Shown in pieces: positions 12,077-23,799 of a stretch of DNA of 47,543 nt. Source of the DNA: Methanobacteriaceae archaeon UBA587 (GTDB lineage Archaea > Methanobacteriota > Methanobacteria > Methanobacteriales > Methanobacteriaceae); the NCBI GenBank assembly GCA_002504725.1, contig DATN01000007.1, positions 1 to 47,543 on the forward strand. The letters are read 5' to 3'. The first letter of the stretch is position 1; every line of letters starts with the position of its first letter. The position numbers and the translations under genes are program-made. The notes below the pieces were generated by a model. That model saw only the letters and a program-made list of their open reading frames with translations, had not been told where the DNA came from and did no database searches.

Positions 12077-13195
12077 ATGCAGTACGAAGAATCTTCTCAT
12101 GGTCCCGGTCTAGGCGGCTTCAATGGCTATCCTGAAATAGAGGATAAGTCCATTGAGGATCATCTGGAATTAATGGAAGACATTAGAGGTTCTCTGATAT
12201 TTTTGAATGCTATTTTTGATTATAATCCGGATCCCTGGTATTTGTATGATTTAAATGGTCGTATTATTGATTGTAACCATGCATTTGAGGAATTATTAGG
12301 TCATAGAAAACAATATTTGATTGGAAGAAATTTTTTAAGCCTTAAAATGCTGCCTTTAATTCAGAGAGCAAGGTCTAAATTAATTCTGGATAAGAACGCC
12401 TCGGGAATGGCCAGTGGACCTGACGAATTTGAATTCATTAGAAAAGATGGACATATTGTTAATGTAGAAGTTAAAACATCTTTAATTGATATTAAAGGCC
12501 ATAAATTAATTATAGCAACAGCAAGAGATGTGGAGAAGCATCTAATTAGGGAAGAGTCACTTAAAAAGCAGACCGAGTCTCGAGAAGAACTGGTAGAAGA
12601 AGTATACCGTCAAATTGAGAAAAACCTGCAGATTGTAACCAGCCTCATGAACTTGCAGAAGGCCTATATGGGTGATGAAGAAGATGCACAGCTCCTTCAA
12701 GATACCCATAACCGGGTTAAATCCATCCGTAAAGCATATGAGAAATTGCACCATTCCCCTGAATTAACCCGAATTAACTTCGCGGAATATTCCAAAAGTA
12801 TCATATCCGGGCTTCTGAGTACTTATGCCCCTGAACCTGGCAATGTGGCTATAAATATCGACATTGATGAACTTTTCATGGGATTGGACATGGCAATACC
12901 TATGGGAATGATTATCAGTGAACTGGTGTCTAATAGTTTCCGTCATGCATTTGACCCAGACGTTTATGGCGAAATAAAAGTTGATTTCAAGGCTTTCCCG
13001 GCTCATTATTTGCTTAAAGTTTCAGATAATGGAAAAGGCTTCCCTGAAGATGTAGAATTTGGAAAAACATCTTCGCTGGGACTATTACTGGTGAATAGTC
13101 TGGTGGATCAGATTGATGCTAAAATGAACATGAAATTACAAAATGGTGCTTGTTTCCAGATTAAAGCTCCCCGTAGGGAAGAAATAAGATTTTAA
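12077..13195 (+). CDS. PAS-domain sensor histidine-kinase-like protein (HisKA_2-like + HATPase_c)
   Basis: PAS core (NHAFEELLG). H-box-like ExYRQIEKNLQIVTSLMNLQ. N-box ELVSNSFRHAF. G-box DNGKGFPED. Confidence 0.7.
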   Translation: MQYEESSHGPGLGGFNGYPEIEDKSIEDHLELMEDIRGSLIFLNAIFDYNPDPWYLYDLNGRIIDCNHAFEELLGHRKQYLIGRNFLSLKMLPLIQRARSKLILDKNASGMASGPDEFEFIRKDGHIVNVEVKTSLIDIKGHKLIIATARDVEKHLIREESLKKQTESREELVEEVYRQIEKNLQIVTSLMNLQKAYMGDEEDAQLLQDTHNRVKSIRKAYEKLHHSPELTRINFAEYSKSIISGLLSTYAPEPGNVAINIDIDELFMGLDMAIPMGMIISELVSNSFRHAFDPDVYGEIKVDFKAFPAHYLLKVSDNGKGFPEDVEFGKTSSLGLLLVNSLVDQIDAKMNMKLQNGACFQIKAPRREEIRF

Positions 13196-13486
13196 TTTCA
13201 ATTCTCTTTTTTTTATTTTGATAATTTAGGTCCTTTTATTTATCATCCTTTTCATATTTTTCACTATCCATTTCATTGAATAATGTTTTCAATGATTTAT
13301 TCTAACTTTATTCTTTTTAAATGGCCTATTTTATTTAATATCTCCTCAGTTTTGTTTTTTTTAGGTTTTTAAATTTTTTTAAGATTTGAACTGTTATTTT
13401 ATTAAAGTATTTTTGTGGTGCTGAATTTTTAGAAATTTTAAGAAATATATTTGATAATGGGGGGACTGGTCTTAAAATCAAATAGA

Positions 13487-13499
13487 AAAATATATAATA
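13487..13499 (+). promoter_or_regulatory. candidate archaeal TATA box (A-rich BRE upstream) for ftr
   Basis: aaaatatataata lies about 30 bp upstream of the ftr ATG, which has a GGTGA RBS. Confidence 0.3.
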
Positions 13500-13529
13500 A
13501 AACTTCCCCTACTATCATCGGTGATAATC

Positions 13530-14423
<894 letters not shown>

Positions 14424-14430
14424 ATCAACA

Positions 14431-14468
14431 TTTTTTTCCTTTTTCTTTTTCAATTTTTTATTTTTTTA
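14431..14468 (+). terminator. oligo-T archaeal intrinsic terminator region downstream of ftr
   Basis: tttttttcctttttctttttcaattttttattttttt immediately after the stop codon. Confidence 0.4.
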
Positions 14469-14582
14469 AGTTCTTAAACTCATTTTAAAGCCAATATATC
14501 AAAATAATCTTATTCTAATTTCGAATAATTTGATAAATTAAATAAAAAAATAATAGAATAATTATAAAAAATTGCAGGAATG

Positions 14583-16520
14583 TTATTCAATACAAAACTG
14601 TGTAACATTCTCTTTTTCCACTATATCCCATATATCTTCTTCGGAAAGGTTTATTCCCAGTAAAACTCCTTTTTTAGTCAGTTTTTTCTCAATTTTATTT
14701 ATAATTTTAATGTCTGGGGCGGCTACCGTGTGGGTATGTATGTGGCGGGATATCTCATAAAGCGCCGTCAGGGAACGACGGGCATCAGGTTTTTCCAGCT
14801 CTTTTTCACAGTTTTTAAGATCATTATCATCCTTAATATTCAGGTTTCGGGTTACCACTTGTTTCACGCCGGGAAGGTAGTGTTTGGAGTCCAGTATACG
14901 TCCTCCCATTTTAATCATGATTTTTTTATCATCCACTTCCCCTACATGGTGCTTAACCAGCATCTCCACCACGCGACCAGACCGTTGTATAACCTCATTA
15001 ATCTCTTGTTTGGACATATTAACTCCTAAAAGGAAGCCTTTTTTCCGGAGTTCGCTTTCTACCCGATCCAGGCTCTTGGTGTCCGGTCCTGAAATACGGT
15101 GGGAATGTATGCCTCCTCCAGATAATGTATAAAGCCTATCTAGAGATTCCCATTTAGATGTATCTTTTCTTAAGTTTTCTAAAAATTTCTCCACTTCTTT
15201 AAGATCCGATATTTCGATTTTACGTTGCAGGGGCTCCCCAAAACCCGGCAAGTAATATTCGATATCTTCCAGGGTGCAGCCATGCTTTAGGATGATTTCT
15301 GCTTCCTCCAGGATATGGGCCACGCCGTGGTTTTCTATTATTCGTATCTCTGGTTTGATAACCACTTCCACCAGACGGCCGTATTTACGGGCCACTTCTT
15401 TTATTTCTTCTGGTTCCAGGTTAACTCCTAAAAGTAAGCCTTCTTTTTCCAGTTCGTCTGCAATTTTATGCAGAGTTTCTTTATCGGGTGCAGAGATCCA
15501 GTGGGAGTGTATTCCGCTCACTGATTCATATATGCGCTCCAGCGAATTTTTTCGATTTAAATCACTGTCTACTCCCTTTAAAAATTTGTTTAGTTGAGAA
15601 ATTTTAGTTATCCCTATTTTACGGGCTAATGGTTCCTTAAATTCAGGTAGATGGTACTCAATGTCTTCTAAAGTCCCACCATATTTGAGGATTATTTCGG
15701 ACTCCCGGCGGATGTCTCCCACCTCGTGTTTCACGGTTATTTTGGTCATGGTGGGTTCAATAGCTGCAAAATAAATGTCTTCTCCGCCACTGGTTTCTGG
15801 AGAAATTACTTTATTGGCTCCGGAACGGTATAATCTTTTAATATTCTCTTTTTTACTGGCCCGGGCCACAATCCATGTGTCGGGTTGTATCTCCCGGGAT
15901 GTAAGAGTAATGAACAGATTATCCACATCATCTCCGGTGGTGATTATTACTCCACGCGACCTTTCAATACCTGCTTCTTTCATCACACTTTCATCAGTGG
16001 CATCACCGGGTATGGCCAGTATGTTGGGGTCCTGCCAGAGCTCTTTTTCCACCAGATAAGTGTTTTTTTCAATGATTATGGCTTTTTGATTCCTTTTTTT
16101 CAATTCTTTAAAAACTGCGGCCCCTACTCTTCCATATCCACATAAAACAAAATGGTTCTCCATGGAAGCCATTAATTTTCGTATCTTGGAGCCAGAAGTG
16201 ATTTCTTCTACGGTCATGGTAACCACCGATACACTAAGACTGAATACATAAGCAATAAGTCCCACGCCCCCTAAAGCCAGGCTTACAGCAAAAAATTTCT
16301 GTAAAGCGGTGACTGGTAAGATATCTCCATATCCCACCGTGGCAATGGTGATAATGGTAAAGTAAATGGCATTTACCGGGTCCAGATTCATTATATATAA
16401 AGAACCAATAATTCCATAGATAATAAGGGCGCCTAAGGCGAATAATGCGTAATAAAATATGCCTAAAGGAACTGCCTGCAAATCCTCTGCAGATATCTGT
16501 GGAATACGGGAAGGGGCCAC
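14583..16520 (-). CDS. potassium channel (TVGYGD filter) with RCK/TrkA-N domain and three C-terminal ~130-aa repeat modules
   Basis: TM1, pore helix and TM2 with [15 protein letters not shown] Rossmann motif. Three repeats follow (residues ~259-390, 391-522, 523-645). GTG start with a GGTG RBS. Confidence 0.8.
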   Translation of the reverse strand: MAPSRIPQISAEDLQAVPLGIFYYALFALGALIIYGIIGSLYIMNLDPVNAIYFTIITIATVGYGDILPVTALQKFFAVSLALGGVGLIAYVFSLSVSVVTMTVEEITSGSKIRKLMASMENHFVLCGYGRVGAAVFKELKKRNQKAIIIEKNTYLVEKELWQDPNILAIPGDATDESVMKEAGIERSRGVIITTGDDVDNLFITLTSREIQPDTWIVARASKKENIKRLYRSGANKVISPETSGGEDIYFAAIEPTMTKITVKHEVGDIRRESEIILKYGGTLEDIEYHLPEFKEPLARKIGITKISQLNKFLKGVDSDLNRKNSLERIYESVSGIHSHWISAPDKETLHKIADELEKEGLLLGVNLEPEEIKEVARKYGRLVEVVIKPEIRIIENHGVAHILEEAEIILKHGCTLEDIEYYLPGFGEPLQRKIEISDLKEVEKFLENLRKDTSKWESLDRLYTLSGGGIHSHRISGPDTKSLDRVESELRKKGFLLGVNMSKQEINEVIQRSGRVVEMLVKHHVGEVDDKKIMIKMGGRILDSKHYLPGVKQVVTRNLNIKDDNDLKNCEKELEKPDARRSLTALYEISRHIHTHTVAAPDIKIINKIEKKLTKKGVLLGINLSEEDIWDIVEKENVTQFCIE

Positions 16521-16707
16521 TTAAAACACCTATTTTATTAAGTAATTTCTTATTGTTATCCTGACTAAATTATTACAGAATTCATTGATACAGATACAGT
16601 TGATTAAGTTAAGGGATATTAGATAGTTAAACTAAGGCCCTAATAAAGGCCCTAATACTTGAGTTATTATTAAATAATTTGTATTATAATTTATAAATAG
16701 TGATAGT

Positions 16708-18240
16708 ATGACTCCCCTTGACATGATGGTCACTGACCTTAACTGTGAGTATTTAGGCCTACCTCGACTTTCCCTTATGGAGAATGCCGGCAGAAGTCTG
16801 GCTCAAGAGATATCTGTAATCGCCGAAACTTTAATTTCTGATTCTACTAATTTTAAACCTTATAAAATAGGCATATTCGCTGGTTCGGGAGGGAATGGTG
16901 GTGATGGATTTGTAGCCGCCCGCCATTTATTGAACATGGGCTTTAAAGTGGAACTTATAATGTTGGCACCACCCTCACGCATTAATTCCATTGAAACCCG
17001 CACCAACTGGGAAGTTCTGGAGAACATGAAACCTCGTCTGGGCCAACTCCAGGTACGGAAGATAACTGATTCTTCTCAACTAAAATCAGTATTTGAAGAC
17101 ATAAATGCAGATATCATGGTAGATGCTATGTTAGGAACAGGAGTTAAGGGAATTTTAAAAGAACCCCTAAGATCTGCTGTAGAATTAATTAATTCTGCCG
17201 ATGCTAGGGTAGTGGCGGTGGATGTACCCACGGGATTAGATCCTTTAAATGGAGAAGTGAGGGACACGGCTATTATGGCAGATTATACAGTAACATTTCA
17301 TAAAACTAAAAATGGTTTGATTAATAGTTCTCCTGAATATGTGGGGGAAATAATAGTCTGTGATATTGGAATCCCCATGGAAGCAGAAATATTCTTAGGG
17401 GAAGGGGACCTTTTAAGAATCAAAAGCCGGGACAAAGAGTCCCACAAAGGATTAAATGGCAGGGTACTGGTAGTGGGGGGTAGTAAAGATTATTCCGGTG
17501 CTCCTGCATTTGCCGGACTTTCGGCAATGGCTGCAGGGGCGGATATAGTGGTTATTGCTTGTCCGGAAAGTGCTGCCACATCCATCAAATCATATTCTCC
17601 TGATTTAATTGTAAAAGGTCTGTCTGGAGAATTTATTAACAAAGATATGGTAGAGGATATTCTAGAATTATCTAAGGGCTTTGATAGTGTTTTGGTGGGA
17701 TGTGGGGCTGGCATGGAATCCGAAACAGGAGAAGCTCTAAATGAATTAGTGGAAAAAATTGAAAAACCACTGGTACTGGATGCCGATGCCCTGAAACTGA
17801 TTGACCTAGATAATGTCCAGAAAAAGGAAAACCTGGCCATCACGCCGCATGCTGCTGAATTCAAGGCATTCTTTGGGGATAGCAGCCCGGTAATTCTCCG
17901 GGATTTAAGGGAAAAAATCAGTGCCTATCAGTCACTATCCCATCAAATAGAGGGAACTGTTCTTTTAAAGGGAAATATTGATTTAATTTTCCAGGGAAAC
18001 AAGTTCCGTCTTAATAAGACAGGCAGTCCGGGAATGACAGTGGGGGGTACCGGGGACTGTTTAGCTGGCCTGGTTTCTGCTCTGATGGCCCAAGGTCTTT
18101 CTTCATTTGATGCCGCAGGGCTGGCTGCATTTATAAATGGACGAGCAGGGGAATTAGCTCAAAAAGAATATGGATATAACTTCACCACATCGCAAATGAT
18201 AGAATTTTTGCCAGGGGCCTTTAAACGAAATTTTAATTAA
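16708..18240 (+). CDS. nnr: bifunctional NAD(P)H-hydrate repair enzyme Nnr (epimerase + ADP-dependent dehydratase)
   Basis: YjeF-N motif GSGGNGGDGFVAARHL. C-terminal carbohydrate-kinase-like GGTGDCLAG. Confidence 0.85.
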   Translation: MTPLDMMVTDLNCEYLGLPRLSLMENAGRSLAQEISVIAETLISDSTNFKPYKIGIFAGSGGNGGDGFVAARHLLNMGFKVELIMLAPPSRINSIETRTNWEVLENMKPRLGQLQVRKITDSSQLKSVFEDINADIMVDAMLGTGVKGILKEPLRSAVELINSADARVVAVDVPTGLDPLNGEVRDTAIMADYTVTFHKTKNGLINSSPEYVGEIIVCDIGIPMEAEIFLGEGDLLRIKSRDKESHKGLNGRVLVVGGSKDYSGAPAFAGLSAMAAGADIVVIACPESAATSIKSYSPDLIVKGLSGEFINKDMVEDILELSKGFDSVLVGCGAGMESETGEALNELVEKIEKPLVLDADALKLIDLDNVQKKENLAITPHAAEFKAFFGDSSPVILRDLREKISAYQSLSHQIEGTVLLKGNIDLIFQGNKFRLNKTGSPGMTVGGTGDCLAGLVSALMAQGLSSFDAAGLAAFINGRAGELAQKEYGYNFTTSQMIEFLPGAFKRNFN

Positions 18241-18388
18241 TTGAATCGATTTATTTCTTTAACCTATTTCAATTTTTAAAATTATTTTTAATATGCTACT
18301 ATTTTAATTAATTTATCAGTTAATTCTGAGATCAAAAATTAACTTAAAATATTAAATTACTCAAAATACTAATTTAACAGGTTTGAAT

Positions 18389-18658
18389 CTAGAAAAGTCC
18401 CAATCCATGGGTTATGACCATGATGCCCACTCCAATTATCCCACCAAAACCCGCCACCAACAGGGTAAGGACATTAACTGGAATTTCCACCAGAGATGTT
18501 GAATTAACTAAATAAAGAAAAACAAAGCCTAAAATCATATTAAATGCCAACATAATCCCTTTTTTACCAATTTTAAGCAATAATCTGATTCCAAAAACTC
18601 CTAAAATCAGCACAATTAATCCCATTACTATTATTGCTAATATTGGTACTAAGTCCAT
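18389..18658 (-). CDS. small membrane protein (BofA-like?)
   Basis: 89 aa with two or three TM helices and a glycine-zipper GFGGIIGVG. The family call is weak. Confidence 0.45.
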   Translation of the reverse strand: MDLVPILAIIVMGLIVLILGVFGIRLLLKIGKKGIMLAFNMILGFVFLYLVNSTSLVEIPVNVLTLLVAGFGGIIGVGIMVITHGLGLF

Positions 18659-18833
18659 GTGCTGCCTCTTTTTAAAGATCTTTCTTAGAAATATCTAATA
18701 AGGATATCGGGTGAAATCCCGGATTTTTCTATTATTTTTCGCTGTTTTCCTGCTATTTATGGAATATTTTATATCTTTTAAATTTTTATTTTTTAAATAA
18801 AAAAGAGGGATAGTTAATCAGATATTAAATTAA

Positions 18834-20012
18834 CTATTCTTTGTATACTTTGTGGTATAAAGCAGCCTGCATGGCGTAATTCTTTACCATACCAGTCATT
18901 TCCCGTTGATCAAGAGCTTTATCTTCAAAAGAAACAGCTTCTTGCTGGTAAAGACTGTAAGGGGACTTCCTTCCCACCACACGCATGCTGCCTTTATGCA
19001 GTTTGAGGTGGACTGTTCCAGTTACCCGGCGCTGCATGTGATCAATCATTTGATCCAGGTCTTCTCGCAGGGGATCATGCCACATTCCATTGTAAATTAA
19101 CTCAGAATAGGTTTCGGTAACTTGCTGAGCAAATTTAAGTTCGTTCCTAGTCAAAGTGGTCTGTTCTAAGGCATGGTGAGCTTTTATTAGTAAGAAAGCC
19201 CCGGGGGTCTCGTAAACTTCGCGGCTTTTCAATCCAATAATACGGTCCTCAATGATGTCCACCCGACCAATACCATGGGTCCCGGCAATTTCATTGCACT
19301 TGTTGATAAGTGCCAGTGGTTCCATTTTCTCACCGTTCAGGGCTACAGGAACTCCTTTTTCAAATTCTATCTCTAAATACTGGGCTTCTTCCGGTGCATC
19401 TTCACTGGATCTGGTCCAGCTAAATGCGTCTTCAGGAGGTTCCACCATGGGATCTTCTAAGATGTCTCCTTCAATGGCCCGGCCCCACAGGTTCTCATCG
19501 ATACTGTAAAGTTTATCAGAAGGTAAGGGGATGCCACATGACTGGGCATAGTCCATTTCTTCGCTTCGGGTGAGGTTCATTTCCCTGATGGGGGCTATGA
19601 CCTTACAATCAGACAAGGAACGTATCACCGCTTCAAATCGGAACTGATCATTTCCTTTTCCGGTACATCCGTGTGCTATGGCGGTAGCGCCCTCTTTCTG
19701 TGCCAGTTCCACGATTTTTGTGGCAATCAGTGGTCGGGCCAGAGCAGTACTGAGAGGGTATCCCTCGTAAAGGGCATTAGCTTTTATGGCTTTGAAAATA
19801 TAGTCTTGGGCAAATTCTTCCCGGGCATCAATTGTATAATGCTTATAATTGCCTAAATCTGTTGCTACTGCTTCAGGACGTTCAATCTCTTCGCGGGGCT
19901 GACCTACATCCACACAAGCAGTTATAACTTCCATATCATATTTTTCTTCCAGTAACTTGATACATACGGAGGTATCCAGACCTCCGCTGAATGCTAGAAC
20001 TACTTTTTCCAT
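18834..20012 (-). CDS. argG: argininosuccinate synthase
   Basis: [11 protein letters not shown]-loop. Length and overall pattern typical of ArgG. Confidence 0.9.
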   Translation of the reverse strand: MEKVVLAFSGGLDTSVCIKLLEEKYDMEVITACVDVGQPREEIERPEAVATDLGNYKHYTIDAREEFAQDYIFKAIKANALYEGYPLSTALARPLIATKIVELAQKEGATAIAHGCTGKGNDQFRFEAVIRSLSDCKVIAPIREMNLTRSEEMDYAQSCGIPLPSDKLYSIDENLWGRAIEGDILEDPMVEPPEDAFSWTRSSEDAPEEAQYLEIEFEKGVPVALNGEKMEPLALINKCNEIAGTHGIGRVDIIEDRIIGLKSREVYETPGAFLLIKAHHALEQTTLTRNELKFAQQVTETYSELIYNGMWHDPLREDLDQMIDHMQRRVTGTVHLKLHKGSMRVVGRKSPYSLYQQEAVSFEDKALDQREMTGMVKNYAMQAALYHKVYKE

Positions 20013-20401
20013 TATATCACCTTGAAATTTATTTATATAATCAGTAATTTTTTAAATCATTTTAATTTGTTTAAATGGTTTTTAGAGAATTATTAATCCC
20101 CTATGTTATCTAAATATTTAATCTAGAATATCCTGTTAATTTTATGGAAATTTAAATATTTTAAAAATATTTCTTAAAATATCCTATAAATATATACTTA
20201 AATCATTATGTGATATAATATTATAGAGATATAAATCTAATAATTATTATGAAAATCATAGTGAGAAAATACATAGGTAATCTCAATTAATAAACTGGAA
20301 TAAAAAATAAAACCGGCTATATTAATTGGTTTATTGGCTAATGTGGAACCTAAATAAATCTAAATTATTATCAAAAGATTCTTATTCTAAATCTTAACCG
20401 C

Positions 20402-21154
20402 GTGGTAGACAAAATGACCTTAGCAGGATTGGATGGGAGTGGGACGGTTAGTCTCATATCCACTAAATCAGGAGGTGACCTCCAGAAAAACCGTTCATTA
20501 ATTGAAAATCTGTCTCCAGGAACCACCAGTCACATGATCCTTAAATCTGCTCAAAAAGGCACCCCACTCATTAAAATTGGAAAAGGAAGCCCTAAAGTAA
20601 TGATGGTTTCAGGAGTACATGGAAATGAATTACCTCCTCAGATTGCTGCTTTACAATTAATTGAAGAGCTTCAGGAAACTAAATTAAGGGGTACAGTATA
20701 TTCCATACCTTTTGCAGCGCCATGGGCGACTATGGAAAACACTCGCTGGTTTAAAGGTTCTGATCTCAACCGGGTTTCTTCTAGTGATGGTTCCATCACC
20801 AATAATATCCTTAAATTAATCCAGATGTTAAATATAGATTCGGTGGCTGATTTCCATTCCACCAAGCTCCAGAGCAATCCGGGGCGAGAAAGCGTTTTTT
20901 GTTCCAAAAATCCTTGCCTGGGGAGTTATGAGATAGGAGATCATATTACTACTAAAACTTCTTCTGAACTTATCTGTTATGATAAAGCGGGTTCTATGTA
21001 CAACGGTGCATTGGAGGATGAGTGTAATTTAAGAGGTATACCTGCAGTTACTTGTGAAGTGGTTTCAGAGAATGGTGAAGTGAATTCTGGAAGTCCTGAA
21101 CGGTCTTTATTACAGATGCAGTATTATTTGGAGCACTTTAAAATTATTAAGTGA
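20402..21154 (+). CDS. succinylglutamate desuccinylase/aspartoacylase (AstE/AspA) family zinc hydrolase
   Basis: SGVHGNE zinc-binding motif. The start is a GTG at 20402 or an ATG at 20414. Confidence 0.6.
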   Translation: MVDKMTLAGLDGSGTVSLISTKSGGDLQKNRSLIENLSPGTTSHMILKSAQKGTPLIKIGKGSPKVMMVSGVHGNELPPQIAALQLIEELQETKLRGTVYSIPFAAPWATMENTRWFKGSDLNRVSSSDGSITNNILKLIQMLNIDSVADFHSTKLQSNPGRESVFCSKNPCLGSYEIGDHITTKTSSELICYDKAGSMYNGALEDECNLRGIPAVTCEVVSENGEVNSGSPERSLLQMQYYLEHFKIIK

Positions 21155-21489
21155 TAGTAACTGGGAAATAGATATTTTAGTTTTAAGAGCCTATTATTTT
21201 AAGAAATAGGTGCTTAATACAAGAGGGTGTCTGGGCAGGCTAATTTTTAATATTTTAATTTTTTTTAATTTTCGGATTTTTAATCTAATTTTCAATTCTT
21301 TATTTTCATTATTTTGTTTTAGATTAGTTTGATTATCGAAGATACTTTAATGGATATTTTTAAATACTTCTTTAGTAAATATCCCTTTGTTATTAATCTC
21401 ACAGTAGATTATTTATGGGGGATAATTCATTATAAATTCATTCCGTAAGCTATTACTTGCTTAATGGGATAAGTGAAACTCAAGCAATC

Positions 21490-22176
21490 ATGGACGGTGA
21501 TTTAGTGCCATCTTACAGAAAACACGCTATATTCTCATTGATACTCACTCTACCTTTTTTCCCCAACATTTTTTCTCTATATCTGGCAGTTGTGGGCTCT
21601 TCTTTTCCGGACTTTGACCATCCTGTTCAGAAAAAAAACATATCCATACTATTTTTCGCAGGTTTGTCCCTGACATTAGGGCTTTATATCCTTAAATTGC
21701 CTTATACAATTGGTTTGATTATGATTTCATTGGCATTGATTTTTTATTTATCCCATCACCGGGGATTTACCCATTCTCTTTTAGGGATAACTATTTTATC
21801 CACCATACTCACCCTGCTGGTGCTTTCCTTGTACTTCTTTTTGGATGCCTGGGAACTATCTGAACAGGCTATACTGGTGATTATTGTTATATTTTTGGGG
21901 CTTTTATCCTGGAATAAACGTGTAGTTATATTATTCCTGCTACTGGCTGCTCTGGGTGTTTTTTTAACCCCATTTCCCGGACTAAATCTTTATAATATTA
22001 TGGGTGCCTTATTTTTAGGATTTTTGAGTCATGTGATACTGGATCTATTTACACCCAGTGGTGTAGAATTTCTACGTCCGTTCTCGGATAAAAAATTTAA
22101 AAAAGCCTGGGCTTTTCTTTTAATAGCTTTATGGGCTTTGGTTGCAGTGTATTATGTCTTATATGTTGGTTATTAG
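21490..22176 (+). CDS. membrane-bound metal-dependent hydrolase (DUF457/YdjM-like)
   Basis: SFPDFDH, HHRGFTHS and SHVILDLFTPSGVEFLRPFS motifs. Paralogue of the gene at 4540-5490. The upstream TTG at 21457 is rejected. Confidence 0.7.
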   Translation: MDGDLVPSYRKHAIFSLILTLPFFPNIFSLYLAVVGSSFPDFDHPVQKKNISILFFAGLSLTLGLYILKLPYTIGLIMISLALIFYLSHHRGFTHSLLGITILSTILTLLVLSLYFFLDAWELSEQAILVIIVIFLGLLSWNKRVVILFLLLAALGVFLTPFPGLNLYNIMGALFLGFLSHVILDLFTPSGVEFLRPFSDKKFKKAWAFLLIALWALVAVYYVLYVGY

Positions 22177-22396
22177 AGTATTCTTGCTTATTGATGTGCT
22201 GCTGTTTTAAAAAAAATCATTTTAAATTTTCTACTAAATAATTTTCATGTTAATTCATTTACGTAAATTTAGTTAAATCTCTTTTTGAGGATTTATAATA
22301 TTGAAATCTAACATAAATCTACTAAAAAAAGGGTTTATCCGTTTTTTTCCTTTTTATTTTTGTGCAAAAATAATCCCTTAAACAATATAGAAACAT

Positions 22397-22406
22397 TTAT
22401 ATTATC
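22397..22406 (+). promoter_or_regulatory. candidate TATA box for the ehb operon
   Basis: tttatattat lies about 90 bp upstream of the ehbA ATG. Low confidence. Confidence 0.2.
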
Positions 22407-22494
22407 ATAAATAATCATGTTAATTATCTTGTCATCGTATTGACTACCTGATGACACTTATATTAATTAACTTAATAAAAGGAGTTAAACTGCC

Positions 22495-22806
22495 ATGTTT
22501 ATCATGAGATTTGTCTATGGTATCGCTTATTTCGTTGTTTTAATCTATGAAATAGTCAAGGCCACCATTGATGTAGCTATAAGGACCGTAAACGGGAATG
22601 TGGAACCGGTAGTGGTTGAAATAGAAACTGTGCTAAAGAGGCCTATTTCTCAGACCATTCTAGCCAACAGCATCACTCTTACTCCTGGAACACTTTCCAT
22701 TGATCTGGATTCGGAGCGTCAAGTTTTAACTGTGGCCACAATCGTGCACCGTAGTAAAGAAGACGTAATTCCTTTTGAGCCATACATAAGGAAAATGTTA
22801 GAATAG
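22495..22806 (+). CDS. ehbA: energy-converting hydrogenase B subunit A (MrpE/MnhE-like)
   Basis: First gene of the 17-gene cluster. TLTPGTLSID motif of MnhE. AGGAG RBS. Confidence 0.7.
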   Translation: MFIMRFVYGIAYFVVLIYEIVKATIDVAIRTVNGNVEPVVVEIETVLKRPISQTILANSITLTPGTLSIDLDSERQVLTVATIVHRSKEDVIPFEPYIRKMLE

Positions 22807-23034
22807 TTGAAATCAATTAAATTCATATCAAATTCACAAGATCACTCTAAAGATCAATACTATAAAAATTGAAGAAATTATAGAAACAATAAGTGGTATT
22901 ATTAAGTTAATATTGTTTAATTCAGCAAAACTGCTATGGATTGGACTATAATCATGAATTGGACTATAATCTTCTTGTTAAATCAAATTTATCATTAATT
23001 ACATGGATAAATCAACAGCTGGGAAGGGAAATAA

Positions 23035-23295
23035 ATGGACATATTGTTAATTTCGCAGTATATTTTTCTGGCTTCACTGGCCATTTTTTCGGTGGCCGCA
23101 GTTAGAATAGTCACCAGAAAGACCATAGGAATGGGTCTGGTGGGTATTTCTGGTCTGAGCATTGCAGTGGCCACTATTTTAGTACTAATTCAAGAATTGT
23201 ATGGTATAGCCTTTTGTAGGGACATAGCCTACGCTCTGGTGATATTGGGTCCTGTGGGGACCATAGCATTTGCCCGAGTATTAAGGGGTGATTAA
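23035..23295 (+). CDS. ehbB: Ehb subunit B (MrpF/MnhF-like membrane protein)
   Basis: 86 aa, three TM helices, MnhF-like. GGGAAGGG RBS. Confidence 0.65.
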   Translation: MDILLISQYIFLASLAIFSVAAVRIVTRKTIGMGLVGISGLSIAVATILVLIQELYGIAFCRDIAYALVILGPVGTIAFARVLRGD

Positions 23296-23568
23296 ATGGA
23301 GTTAATTCCTATAATTCAATCAATAGTTCTTCTTATTGCTTCAGCTTTATTAATACTCTCGGCCATTGGTATTTTGAGATTCAAGGATGACCTGGATAGG
23401 GTACTATACGCCAGGATACACATCCTTGGTTTAGCGGATATGGCTTGCATAATTGCTCTTTTCGCCCTATACAATCCTTTATTAGGGGCTACTTATTTCA
23501 TACTAGCACCATTCGCCGCACACGCTATTGCCAACGCTTACTACTATGGGGAGGAGAAGCATGATTGA
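23296..23568 (+). CDS. ehbC: Ehb subunit C (MrpG/MnhG-like)
   Basis: GILRF...ARIH pattern of MnhG. Abuts ehbB with no gap. Confidence 0.65.
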   Translation: MELIPIIQSIVLLIASALLILSAIGILRFKDDLDRVLYARIHILGLADMACIIALFALYNPLLGATYFILAPFAAHAIANAYYYGEEKHD

Positions 23569-23797
23569 GTACATTTTAATGATTATAATTGTGGTAGGGG
23601 CCATTATGGCCATGGTTCAGCGAGACCTCTTAAAGGCGGCCATCCTAACCGGGGTTCCCGGGGCAGCAATGGCATTTCTTTACCAGTTTTTACTGGCTCC
23701 CGATGTTGCTTTGACTCAGGCCATAGTTGGATCTGCCATCATACCTGTATTCTTTGCTTTAGCTGCTTATAAGACTCGCAGGATGGAGGAGGAATAA
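23561..23797 (+). CDS. ehbD: Ehb subunit D (MnhB-related small membrane protein)
   Basis: ATG with a GGAGGAG RBS. Overlaps the ehbC stop by 8 nt. The TTG at 23528 is rejected. Confidence 0.6.
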   Translation: MIEYILMIIIVVGAIMAMVQRDLLKAAILTGVPGAAMAFLYQFLLAPDVALTQAIVGSAIIPVFFALAAYKTRRMEEE

Positions 23798-23799
23798 TA

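Noticed and set aside
13521-13529. Upstream GTG start giving [10 protein letters not shown] for Ftr
   Set aside because: Ftr orthologues start at MEINGVE/MQINGVE. The ATG at 13530 has a GGTGA RBS at the correct spacing, so the GTG extension is unlikely.
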